64,000 bases of DNA, from assembly GCA_045542315.1 (NCBI GenBank), contig JAZQKU010000075.1, positions 3,700 to 67,699 of the forward strand. The letters are read 5' to 3'. This stretch comes from Eubacteriales bacterium. Its GTDB lineage: Bacteria; Bacillota; Clostridia; Oscillospirales; RGIG5299. The notes below the pieces were generated by a model. That model saw only the letters and a list, made by a program, of their open reading frames with translations. It was not told where the DNA came from and searched no databases. Shown here piece after piece: positions 9,036 to 16,899 of the stretch (its first letter is position 1; each line of letters opens with the position of its first letter). Both the position numbers and the translations under genes were made by a program.

Positions 9036-10046
9036 ATGAAAACTCCGAAGAAAATGATAGAGGGCGTTAAAGAAAGCTTTGCCGCCTTCAAGGAAAATAA
9101 AAAGCTTTATAATATCGTTAGATTTTCCGTGTCGGCGGTAATAACGGTGCTGGTTATAATTCTCACCGCCGTCGCATTACGCGATATGGATTTTTCCACC
9201 ATTGCCCACATTGAAAACGATTGGAAAATGTTTCTTTTCGCGCTCCCCGTTTTTCTTGCGGGTCCCTTTTTCAAATCGGCATCAATGGCGTTTGGCTATG
9301 CCAAGGATGATATGAAATATTTTGACGCGGTAAAGGTAACGGTGATCGGAAACGGCCTTAATCTCGTGCTTCCCTTTAAGCTCGGAGAGGGTGTAAGGCT
9401 TTCAATGTATCCTCACGGAATGACGGTTGCAAAAAGAGCCAGATATTTCGGCTCAATGCTCATCTGCGAGGCGGTAATGCTCCTTATTTTTATGCTTTTG
9501 AGCGGCGTGTTTCAGATATCCGAAAACAACTATATCACCGACGAGCAGAGATATTTCGATTTCTGGCTTCCCGCATTTTTCATTCTTCTTGCGGGCGTAA
9601 TTCTCGTGGCGGCGGTCCTTCTTATCATCAAAAGGTCAAGAGAGCTTATAAAGGACCTCGTTACCACCGAAAAGGGAATAAACTCCCTTATCTTCAACGT
9701 TTTGAGCTGGTTATCGACCTACGCGGCAATAGTTTTGGTCCTTCTTTCCTTCTCAAACATCACCTTTTTCACCGCGCTTAAAATAGCCGCGTCGGTAATA
9801 GTTTTCATAAATCTTGCAATTCTCATTCCCTCAACGCCCGGACAGCTCGGCATCTTCGAGCTTTCGGTAATGCTTTCCTTCCTTGCCGCGGGGCTTACTC
9901 CCGAGCAGGGTGTCGTTGCGGGGCTTTTGCTCCATCTTGTCTATTATATCTGCCTGCTTCCCGCAACGGGAGTTGTCTATTTCATTCACAGAATAAAGGC
10001 AAGACGTTTTGAAAATACGGGCGAGATAGTAAAAAGGGAGAGCTGA
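9036..10046 (+). CDS. UPF0104 / lysylphosphatidylglycerol-synthase-TM-region-like (flippase-like) membrane protein
   Basis: 336-aa multi-pass membrane protein. Motifs GNGLNLVLPFKLGEGVRL and PSTPGQLGIFE resemble the LPG-synthase TM domain family. Confidence 0.7.
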   Translation: MKTPKKMIEGVKESFAAFKENKKLYNIVRFSVSAVITVLVIILTAVALRDMDFSTIAHIENDWKMFLFALPVFLAGPFFKSASMAFGYAKDDMKYFDAVKVTVIGNGLNLVLPFKLGEGVRLSMYPHGMTVAKRARYFGSMLICEAVMLLIFMLLSGVFQISENNYITDEQRYFDFWLPAFFILLAGVILVAAVLLIIKRSRELIKDLVTTEKGINSLIFNVLSWLSTYAAIVLVLLSFSNITFFTALKIAASVIVFINLAILIPSTPGQLGIFELSVMLSFLAAGLTPEQGVVAGLLLHLVYYICLLPATGVVYFIHRIKARRFENTGEIVKRES

Positions 10047-10047
10047 T

Positions 10048-11070
10048 ATGAAGAATTCTGTTTCGGATTTCGGAAAAGACTGTTATTTAATAACCTTAAC
10101 GAACGAAAAGGGAAACTCTGTTTCGGTGACCAACGCGGGCGCCGCTCTCGTTTCATTCGTTGTCGGAGGACGCGACACGGTGCTCGGATATAACAGAGGA
10201 GAGCATTATCTTTCCTCCGAATCTTATCAGGGCGAATTCGTGGGAAGATATGCGGGACGCATCGGAAACGCCCGTTTTTCCTTAAACGGAAAGGAATATA
10301 AGCTTTTTGAAAACACAAACGGCGGCTCGCTTCACGGCGGCAAGGTGGGATTTTCCCACAGACTTTGGGATATTTCTCTTGTCACCGCCGATTCGGTAAT
10401 GCTTTCTCTTTTCTCAGAGGACGGCGACGAGGGATATCCCGGCAACCTTTCGGTTGATATTCTTTACAGATTCAACGAGGAAAACGAGCTTACCGTTAAG
10501 ATAACGGCGGAATGTGACGCCGACACCGTCTTTAATCCCACTCTTCACCCCTATTTCAATTTAAATGAAAACCAAAACAGCACGGTACTTAACCACCTTC
10601 TTAAAATAAACGCCGATAATTTCACCCCCTTTACCGAGAGCTTTGTGCCGGACGGCACTCTTTTGCCGGTTGAAAACACTCCCTACGATTTCAGAAATCC
10701 AAAGCCCGTTTCGGAATGCGTTTTTGCCGCTTATCCGCAGGTAGAGCTGGGGGCGGGACTCGATATGTGCTTTTCTCTTTCAAAGGGCTTTGACTACGGC
10801 ACAGCCGCCACTCTTTGCTCGGAGGACGGAAGGCTTGCTCTCGAGATAACCACCGACAGACCCGCCGCCGTAATTTACAGCGCGAACTGGTTAGATGACG
10901 AAAACGGCAAATACGGGCCGCTTTTTATGCATCAGGGGCTTGCAATGGAGATGCAGATGTTTCCAAACAGCGTAAACGTCCCAACCTTTCCCTCCACCGT
11001 GCTTAAAAAGGGAGAAAAATACGAGTCGGTAACGGTTTATAAAATTACCGAAAGGGACCAAAAGGAGTAA
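10048..11070 (+). CDS. galM: aldose 1-epimerase (galactose mutarotase family)
   Basis: 340 aa with the GGSLHGG and HPYFNL motifs typical of the aldose epimerase family. Confidence 0.85.
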   Translation: MKNSVSDFGKDCYLITLTNEKGNSVSVTNAGAALVSFVVGGRDTVLGYNRGEHYLSSESYQGEFVGRYAGRIGNARFSLNGKEYKLFENTNGGSLHGGKVGFSHRLWDISLVTADSVMLSLFSEDGDEGYPGNLSVDILYRFNEENELTVKITAECDADTVFNPTLHPYFNLNENQNSTVLNHLLKINADNFTPFTESFVPDGTLLPVENTPYDFRNPKPVSECVFAAYPQVELGAGLDMCFSLSKGFDYGTAATLCSEDGRLALEITTDRPAAVIYSANWLDDENGKYGPLFMHQGLAMEMQMFPNSVNVPTFPSTVLKKGEKYESVTVYKITERDQKE

Positions 11071-11073
11071 TTT

Positions 11074-12123
11074 ATGACAGACCTTGAATTGACAGCCGAG
11101 GTTTTAAAAGAAAACGGTGCCGACGGAATAGTAGTCTTTGACGAGCCGTCTATCCGCTTTTTTGCAGGAATCGACGTTTCCGATAACGCCGCCGTAATAA
11201 CCGAAAAGGGCGTTTATCTCATTGCGGATATGCGCTATTTTGAGGACGTTAAGGGGCTAAAGGGCATTACCGCCGTTAAAAACGAGGGCGGACTTTTTGC
11301 CACTCTCAAGGGGCTTGCTTCGGAGCTTTCATTGAAAACGGTGCTTTTTGACGAATCCAAGCTCTCTCTTTCAAAATACGAGGCGCTTTCGGATATAATT
11401 TCCGCAAAGAAGGGTGAAAAAGCAATATCCCGTATTCTTGCCAAAAAAAGCGGCGAGGCACTTGACTTTATAAAAGAGGCGCAAAAAATAACCGACGCCG
11501 CATTTTTGCACGTCCTCCCCTTGCTTAAAGAGGGGGTAAGCGAGCAGGAGATAGTTTCGGAGATAATTTATTTTATGAAAAAAAGAGGCGCGGGCGAGGC
11601 GTTTGATACCATGGTGCTTTTCGGCGAAAAGACCTCGGTGCCTCACGGAGTGCCCTCTTCAAATAAACTGAAAAACGGTATGCCCGTGCTGTTTGACTTC
11701 GGCGCAAAGCTAAACGGCTTTTGCTCCGATATGTCAAGAAGCTTTTATTTCGGAGGAACCGTCCCCGAAGATTACGGGCGCGCCTTTAACACGGTGCTTT
11801 CGGCACAGGAGGCGGCGCTTTTGGGAATAAAGGCGGGAAAAAGCGGCAAGGAGTGCGATGCTCTTGCAAGAGATATGATCGACGCCTCCGAATTTTCGGG
11901 GCTTTTTACCCATTCGCTCGGTCACGGCGTTGGCGCCGAGATCCACGAATGGCCCTGCTTTGCGCCGCGTTGCGATTACCCGATACCCACTCGCTCGGTT
12001 TTAAGCGTTGAGCCTGGAGTTTATCTTGAGGGAAAATTCGGAATAAGGATAGAGGACCTTGTTTTCGTAACCGAAAACGGCGCCGAAAACCTCACCTCCT
12101 CACCCAAATTCATAAAGCTTTGA
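11074..12123 (+). CDS. M24 family Xaa-Pro aminopeptidase/dipeptidase
   Basis: 349 aa with metal-ligand motifs HSLGHGVGAEIHEWP, SVEPGVY and GIRIEDLV. Confidence 0.85.
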   Translation: MTDLELTAEVLKENGADGIVVFDEPSIRFFAGIDVSDNAAVITEKGVYLIADMRYFEDVKGLKGITAVKNEGGLFATLKGLASELSLKTVLFDESKLSLSKYEALSDIISAKKGEKAISRILAKKSGEALDFIKEAQKITDAAFLHVLPLLKEGVSEQEIVSEIIYFMKKRGAGEAFDTMVLFGEKTSVPHGVPSSNKLKNGMPVLFDFGAKLNGFCSDMSRSFYFGGTVPEDYGRAFNTVLSAQEAALLGIKAGKSGKECDALARDMIDASEFSGLFTHSLGHGVGAEIHEWPCFAPRCDYPIPTRSVLSVEPGVYLEGKFGIRIEDLVFVTENGAENLTSSPKFIKL

Positions 12124-12128
12124 AAAAT

Positions 12129-12156
12129 AAAACCGCGAACATGGTTCGCGGTTTTT
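12129..12156. terminator. bidirectional rho-independent terminator between convergent genes
   Basis: Perfect hairpin aaaaccgcgaac-atg-gttcgcggtttt, flanked by an A-run on one side and a T-run on the other. Confidence 0.85.
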
Positions 12157-12522
12157 CTATTTGCCCAAAATCACGTAAAGCAATGCAAGAAGCAGGTCGT
12201 TATCGGATTTTTCCTTAAAAAGCATAAAGGCAACGGCGTATAAAAGAAGGTCGTTTCCGTTTTTTCCGAAGAAGTCGGAAAGCGACGGCAAAAATGAAAG
12301 CGGTAAGGAGGGCGGGGAGACAGGCTGTGCGTTTGGCAAAGGTTTTTGGGGAGGCGCGGCGGCTTCGCCGCTTTGCGGAAGTGACCTTTCTTTGCCTTCG
12401 TCGGCTTGCAAAGGGCTTGGCGTCTCCTTTTCAAAGGGAGAAAACGAGGGGTCTCTTTTTTCGTTTATTTCCCTTGCCTCGGTTATTGCTTTTTCAATAA
12501 GGGCGGTTAAATCCTCACTCAT
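12157..12522 (-). CDS. small hypothetical protein (helical N-terminus, Pro/Ser-rich linker, hydrophobic LLL-rich C-terminus)
   Basis: 121-aa ORF, tightly packed with the next two minus-strand ORFs. No family was recognised. Confidence 0.55.
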   Translation of the reverse strand: MSEDLTALIEKAITEAREINEKRDPSFSPFEKETPSPLQADEGKERSLPQSGEAAAPPQKPLPNAQPVSPPSLPLSFLPSLSDFFGKNGNDLLLYAVAFMLFKEKSDNDLLLALLYVILGK

Positions 12523-12523
12523 C

Positions 12524-12943
12524 TCAACCTCTCCTTCCGAAAAGACGCTCGGGGTCTATCCCCAGAGCTTTTCCCACCTTTAAAATGCGAAGCATTCTCA
12601 CGGCACCGTCTATCCGCGAGCGTTTTTCCTCGGGGAGATAGGGCTTTAAGGAGTTTAAAAGGTTTACCTTGCCCTCGTCAACCGAGTTGTAGCCCGAAAT
12701 GAGAGAAAACGCCGTTTCCAGAAATTTGGGGTCAAGCCCCGAAAAAAGCGAGGTGAGGTCCGGCACCGACGAACCTTGCGAAGCTCCGTGCGATGCGGGC
12801 GAGGGCTTCTCTGCGGAAGCGGCTTCCTCGCTTTTCGAAAGCTCCGAGGCGATTTCTTTAAGCGCCTCAACGCTTTTCGGGTCTGAAAGAATTGATGAAA
12901 GAATATCGTTAAAGCCGTCCAAAATCCTTTTCTCCTTTGACAA
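12524..12943 (-). CDS. small hypothetical protein with a low-complexity Ser/Ala/Pro linker
   Basis: 139-aa ORF. Its stop lies 1 nt from the start of the downstream ORF. The C-terminus reads LLNSLKPYLPEEKRSRIDGAVRMLRILKV. Confidence 0.6.
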   Translation of the reverse strand: MSKEKRILDGFNDILSSILSDPKSVEALKEIASELSKSEEAASAEKPSPASHGASQGSSVPDLTSLFSGLDPKFLETAFSLISGYNSVDEGKVNLLNSLKPYLPEEKRSRIDGAVRMLRILKVGKALGIDPERLFGRRG

Positions 12944-12977
12944 ACGCCGTGAAATAGGCTATAATTATTTATAGGCG

Positions 12978-13247
12978 CTACGGCTTTTTAGAAAGAAAGC
13001 CGCGAAGCACCTCCTTCATTTTGGGATTTTTCAAAATCGTTTTCAAAAGGGCGGGGTTTGAAACGAGCGACGCTATCTTTTGCTTGTCTGCCTCGCTTAA
13101 GTGAAGATTGAATTGAGGCGCGTCGGTCTGCTTCAAGCGCTCCATCATATCGAAATCGTTTCCGAGGGCCTCTTTGATTATCTCCGAAGCCTCGGAGGCT
13201 CTTTTCGGGTCCTTTTTCACAAGGTCATTAAAAAAATTGTCCGACAT
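12978..13247 (-). CDS. small hypothetical protein
   Basis: 89-aa ORF, the first gene of the three-gene minus-strand cluster. Confidence 0.55.
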   Translation of the reverse strand: MSDNFFNDLVKKDPKRASEASEIIKEALGNDFDMMERLKQTDAPQFNLHLSEADKQKIASLVSNPALLKTILKNPKMKEVLRGFLSKKP

Positions 13248-13280
13248 AAAAATAACTCCTTTGAAATTTTAAGAAAGGGC

Positions 13281-13739
13281 GTGAGCAAATTGAAGATTGC
13301 CGTTTTTTCAGACAGTCACGGTCGCACCGCCAAAATGGTCGATGCCGTTTACGATGAAAAGCCCGACGTAATAATCCACCTCGGCGACGTTTTGCGGGAT
13401 ACGGAAGCCCTCTCGTTTTTTGAGATACCTATTTACAGAGTATGCGGCAACAACGATTTTTGTACCGTGTCCCGCGAACTTTTTTTGACTTTTTCGGGCA
13501 AAAGGCTCTTTTTCTGCCACGGTCACGGCTATAACGTAAAAAGCTCGCCCGAGGCACTCGTTTCTCTTGCAAAGGGAAAGGGTGCGGACATTCTTCTTTT
13601 CGGACACACTCACGCGCCGCTTTGTGAAAACAGAGGAGATATTTTCGTATTGAATCCCGGCTCTGTGGGTTATAAGGGAAGCTACGGTATCATTGAAATA
13701 AAGGGTAAAGAAATAAAAATCGACGTTAAATTTATTTAG
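13281..13739 (+). CDS. YfcE/MJ0936-family metallophosphoesterase
   Basis: Motifs KIAVFSDSHG, GDV, CGNND and GHTH. The start is probably the GTG at 13281 (or TTG at 13290), after GAAAGGG. The ORF-track start at 13101 would overlap the divergent gene. Confidence 0.8.
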   Translation: MSKLKIAVFSDSHGRTAKMVDAVYDEKPDVIIHLGDVLRDTEALSFFEIPIYRVCGNNDFCTVSRELFLTFSGKRLFFCHGHGYNVKSSPEALVSLAKGKGADILLFGHTHAPLCENRGDIFVLNPGSVGYKGSYGIIEIKGKEIKIDVKFI

Positions 13740-13750
13740 GAGGAATAAGC

Positions 13751-13942
13751 ATGGCAAAGGAAAAGAGATTTGAAAAGGTTTACGAGGAGAGCGGATTTAC
13801 AATGGGTAAAACTGTTTTGGTAGATACCGAAACGGGAGTAAATTACCTTTACGTTTCCTCGGGCTACGGCGGCGGACTCACTCCGCTTCTTGATGCAGAC
13901 GGCAAGCCGATAATAACGAGGGAGTATAAGCTCAATAAATAA
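13751..13942 (+). CDS. small conserved protein (DUF6440-like)
   Basis: 63 aa with RBS AGGAGG upstream. The sequence FEKVYEESGFTMGKTVLVDTETGVNYLY resembles a small family seen widely in Clostridia, from memory. This is the last host-like gene before the AT-rich island. Confidence 0.65.
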   Translation: MAKEKRFEKVYEESGFTMGKTVLVDTETGVNYLYVSSGYGGGLTPLLDADGKPIITREYKLNK

Positions 13943-13967
13943 AAAGAACAGCGAAGTGAGCGGAAAT

Positions 13968-14135
13968 ATGACTTTTGAAGAAGAAAAACAACTTAAAATG
14001 TTGTTGTTGTTAATGCTGGAAAGAAGTTACCAAACGGAATTCGAAAAAGCAGAAAAATTATTCAAACAAGCCATTTTGAATAAATGGCAGATGGGAATAG
14101 CGAAACATATAATAAAAAAATTAAAATGTTTTTAA
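13968..14135 (+). CDS. possible 55-aa ORF at the left edge of the island
   Basis: ATG at 13968 to TAA at 14133-14135, translating as MTFEEEKQLKMLLLLMLERSYQ.... The stop overlaps an in-frame ATG (14126) of the next ORF in the string ATGTTTTTAA. The RBS is weak. It is below the ORF-track size cutoff. Confidence 0.3.
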   Translation: MTFEEEKQLKMLLLLMLERSYQTEFEKAEKLFKQAILNKWQMGIAKHIIKKLKCF

Positions 14136-14671
14136 GTTCAAAGACGGCGGTGCAATTTACAGTTAATCAGTTTAAGATACTTGATATCGCTGCAACAGAA
14201 ATAAATAATTTATTTAATATGTTTGAGCTGCAAATAACGCCAGATTTGATCCTTAAAGATAAAATTAGGACCATTCACAATATAGTCGCGGAATTAAATG
14301 TTGACACAAAGACGCTAACACCAGAAGAATATATAGAATTAAAAATGACAAAAGAAGAATTCATCAATTTCAGTGATGAATTTGATGGATGTTTTATAGT
14401 AAAAGAGGAACATCCTTCGGATTTTCCACAACGTTATAGAGTACAAGAAACGTCATTACACAAACACGGATACAGCGTGGCGTCAACAAGCAAGCTTTCC
14501 AATTACCGCAGACAACAATTATTGAAGCAGATTATTGAAATGGGTAAAGAAGAAAAAGGTTATGTGGTTTGGCAATTACAACAGTATATAAAAGATAATA
14601 AAAATAAAAAGTGCAACGCTATGGCTGTTGCAAAATGGGAAATGGATTTGGAGTTTGTTTTAAAGTTATGA
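14126..14671 (+). CDS. hypothetical protein A of the island module (C-terminal LHxxGYxV...AVxKWExDL domain)
   Basis: The ORF-track frame is 14084..14671. Neither the start at 14084 nor the one at 14126 has a clear RBS. The stop TGA (14669-14671) overlaps the ATG (14668) of the next ORF. Confidence 0.6.
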   Translation: MFLSSKTAVQFTVNQFKILDIAATEINNLFNMFELQITPDLILKDKIRTIHNIVAELNVDTKTLTPEEYIELKMTKEEFINFSDEFDGCFIVKEEHPSDFPQRYRVQETSLHKHGYSVASTSKLSNYRRQQLLKQIIEMGKEEKGYVVWQLQQYIKDNKNKKCNAMAVAKWEMDLEFVLKL

Positions 14672-15756
14672 ATGATGTCGAATTGATACCAACAAATCTT
14701 GCTTTTATGGGAGCAATGGATGATTTTTATAATTTGTATTGCGAAATTAAGGTAATATATGAAACACATCGAAAACTTTATATTCGAGAAAATGGAAAAA
14801 AGTGTCCTCTTTTAAGCAAAACGTGGGATGAGTTGTGTTTAAAAGATGTCAGAAAAAGAATAGAACCACTATTAAATAAATATATACACTTGTTTACAAA
14901 CGACTATGATAGGGTTTTTGCTCGTTCGTATGCATTTCAAAATTTTTCTTTTATCAATAGGGATAAAACTTTTAAGAATTTTGATGGTGAGTCTCCTTTT
15001 ATATTAAGCTTTATATCTTTTTCTGATTTTCTAATTGAATTTCAAATTATCATCACAATGTTAAATTATAGAGAAAATTTTTCAAAAAATCCAGAACATT
15101 CCGTTCAAAAGTCTTGGTTACAAATTAATGAAAAAATTAGGACTTTGACAAAAGAAAAAAGATCGGAATGCGAAACATTAAGCAATACAATTCCCGCCTC
15201 AAGTGATATTTTGTATATTTTTGATAAACTCTCGAGTATTTCTTGCTATAAAAAAGATCATCCAATTATATCAGCAAGATATGTTGCGGTTGTTGCAAAA
15301 ACTGCAAAGAAAATATCACTTCCAGTGCATTATTGTGATTATTGTAAAAAATACTTTATTGGTGCAAAAACATTGGCGATATTTGAAAAAAATTTTGGAA
15401 AGTTAATAATAGATAAAAAAGATATAAGCGAAATGGAAACGGAATTCGGATGCTTCAATGCGGAATCCAAATTGCATTCATTGGGTTATAATGTTATCAA
15501 AGGTAGATTGTCCGCAGATGAGCGAGAGCAGCTGTTAATATATTTGTTGGAAAATAGATTAATTACTTATGTGGAATTGTGTTCAACAATAGAACAAAAT
15601 ATTAACATATTTAAAAGGTCACATAGCCACAGATTTGCTGTTGAAAAATGGGAAAATGATCTCAAGGCAATAGGAAAATACATTTTAAAGCATCCCGAAA
15701 AGAAGGATTATATAACATTAACTATTCCGTATAAAAAAGATAAAAACAATGAATAA
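14668..15756 (+). CDS. hypothetical protein B of the island module (Cys-pair motif HYCDYCKKYF and the same C-terminal domain as protein A)
   Basis: This is the ORF-track frame 14611..15756. The ATG at 14668 forms an ATGA overlap with the upstream stop. 362 aa, AT-rich codon usage. Confidence 0.65.
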   Translation: MNDVELIPTNLAFMGAMDDFYNLYCEIKVIYETHRKLYIRENGKKCPLLSKTWDELCLKDVRKRIEPLLNKYIHLFTNDYDRVFARSYAFQNFSFINRDKTFKNFDGESPFILSFISFSDFLIEFQIIITMLNYRENFSKNPEHSVQKSWLQINEKIRTLTKEKRSECETLSNTIPASSDILYIFDKLSSISCYKKDHPIISARYVAVVAKTAKKISLPVHYCDYCKKYFIGAKTLAIFEKNFGKLIIDKKDISEMETEFGCFNAESKLHSLGYNVIKGRLSADEREQLLIYLLENRLITYVELCSTIEQNINIFKRSHSHRFAVEKWENDLKAIGKYILKHPEKKDYITLTIPYKKDKNNE

Positions 15757-15760
15757 AAAT

Positions 15761-15789
15761 TTGACAAAGAGGTTCGGGTGTGGTATAAT
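15761..15789 (+). promoter_or_regulatory. near-consensus sigma-A promoter (TTGACA-17 nt-TATAAT with a TGn extended -10)
   Basis: TTGACA at 15761-15766, a 17-nt spacer ending in TGG, and TATAAT at 15784-15789. Confidence 0.7.
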
Positions 15790-15875
15790 CTACCACGCCC
15801 GATTTTCTTACATCGGTCTGCCGGGGCAGCCGAGTTTCGGGCGACAACGTTCGATGAAGAACCGGGTGAGAAAGA

Positions 15876-16022
15876 ATGGAAAACTATTGTGAAGAGTGTG
15901 GCGCAAGTTTGAAAGGTAGCTTTTATACAGATCCCTGGGAAGATGGCGACAATGATTACGGTTACTATACATGCAGACGTTGCGGTCACAAAAATATCGA
16001 CTGGGATAGCAGCGACGACTGA
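15876..16022 (+). CDS. 48-aa zinc-ribbon mini-protein (below the ORF-track cutoff)
   Basis: MENYCEECGASLKGSFYTDPWEDGDNDYGYYTCRRCGHKNIDWDSSDD carries two CxxC pairs. It lies between a consensus promoter and a UUCG-loop terminator. Confidence 0.55.
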   Translation: MENYCEECGASLKGSFYTDPWEDGDNDYGYYTCRRCGHKNIDWDSSDD

Positions 16023-16030
16023 ATACTTTG

Positions 16031-16060
16031 AAACGCACTCTCTTCGGAGGGCGTGTTTCT
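16031..16060 (+). terminator. rho-independent terminator (UUCG tetraloop)
   Basis: aaacgcactctc-ttcg-gagggcgtgttt with one mismatch, followed by a T-rich tail. Confidence 0.65.
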
Positions 16061-16190
16061 TGTCACCGAAAACCACGCGATAGTCGCGTGGTTTAAAGAA
16101 GGTTAACCGATGAAAGAAATCCTCCAAATATGTAATAATAGACTTGACCTGCCAGTCAAAGAATAAAAAACATATTTGGAGGATAAATCT

Positions 16191-16660
16191 ATGAAAAAAG
16201 TGGACATAGACAATAATAGTTTAGCACATACGAGTTGGAATTGCAAGTATCATATAGTGTTTGCGCCAAAATATAGACGAAAAGTTTTTTCGAAGGAAAA
16301 CGAATGGAAATACGAGAAATACTCCGCCAACTTTGCAAATGGAAAGGAGTGGAGATAATTGAAGGAGAAGTGTGTACAGATCACATACATATATTGGTGA
16401 GTATCCCGCCCAAAATGAGCGTTTCGGGGTTTATGGGATATCTCAAAGGGAAAAGCGCATTGCTGATATTTCAGAAATATAGAAATATGAAGTTTGCATA
16501 CCGAAACCGCGAATTTTGGTGTAAGGGATATTACGTAGATACCGTGGGGAAGAATACGAAAGCAATAAAAGAGTATATTGCAGATCAATTGAAGAGAGAT
16601 CAGGAGAGTGATCAATTAGCGATGTTTGACCCACGGGACCCATTTATGGGTGGTAAGTAA
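16191..16660 (+). pseudogene. tnpA: IS200-type Y1 transposase TnpA, interrupted by a -1 frameshift in a T6 run
   Basis: The N-terminal part (...SLAHTSWNCKYHIVFAPKYRRKVF) and the C-terminal part (MEIREILRQLCKWKGVEIIEGEVCTDHIHILVSIPPK...YYVDTVG) are in different frames. One extra T in the run at 16285-16290 would give a continuous KVFFEGKRMEIREIL. Confidence 0.85.
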
Positions 16661-16740
16661 CAATTGCATGGCTGGCAGGCCAATCTAAAGCGCACTTGTG
16701 CGCCGCCAGTAGTATTAGGGCTATGCCCGAAAATGAAATA

Positions 16741-16770
16741 CCCCCCGTTATACGCAATGTCATTAAGTTA
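16741..16770. repeat. left copy of a roughly 30-nt inverted repeat (partner at 29492-29523)
   Basis: The sequence is CCCCCCGTTATACGCAATGTCATTAAGTTA. The reverse complement of the partner is CCCCCCGTATAACGGCAATGTCATTAAGTTAA. Confidence 0.75.
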
Positions 16771-16810
16771 GAGGGTATCTTTGTAAAAGATACCCTCTAA
16801 CTTTCTTTTG
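16767..16810 (+). terminator. strong hairpin with a T-run at the IS200 right end
   Basis: Perfect 16-bp stem gttagagggtatcttt / aaagataccctctaac with loop gta, followed by tttcttttg. Confidence 0.75.
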
Positions 16811-16899
16811 TATTAGAAATGTCTGTTAAGTTAAGAAATTCGCAAAGAAAAAAAGCCACGTATACTCTATTGTAAAGTATCTTTTCAGCGTTTTTCTGT

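Larger units (their letters stand above)
16065..16810 (+). mobile_element. IS200-group (IS200/IS605 family) element; ends approximate
   Basis: A Y1 transposase gene is flanked by a perfect 11-bp hairpin upstream (16070-16094) and hairpins downstream (gcgcacttgtgcgc, and the 16-bp stem at 16767-16801). This is the subterminal-hairpin layout typical of IS200. Confidence 0.6.

Noticed and set aside
13101-13280. The N-terminal extension of the metallophosphoesterase ORF (track start at 13101).
   Set aside because: The extension overlaps the divergently transcribed 89-aa gene and precedes the conserved KIAVFSDSHG N-terminus. GTG 13281 or TTG 13290 after GAAAGGG is a better start.
15708-16127. A 139-aa minus-strand ORF.
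   Set aside because: It runs antisense across the end of island protein B, a consensus promoter, the zinc-ribbon mini-ORF and two hairpins. It has no RBS or recognisable motif.
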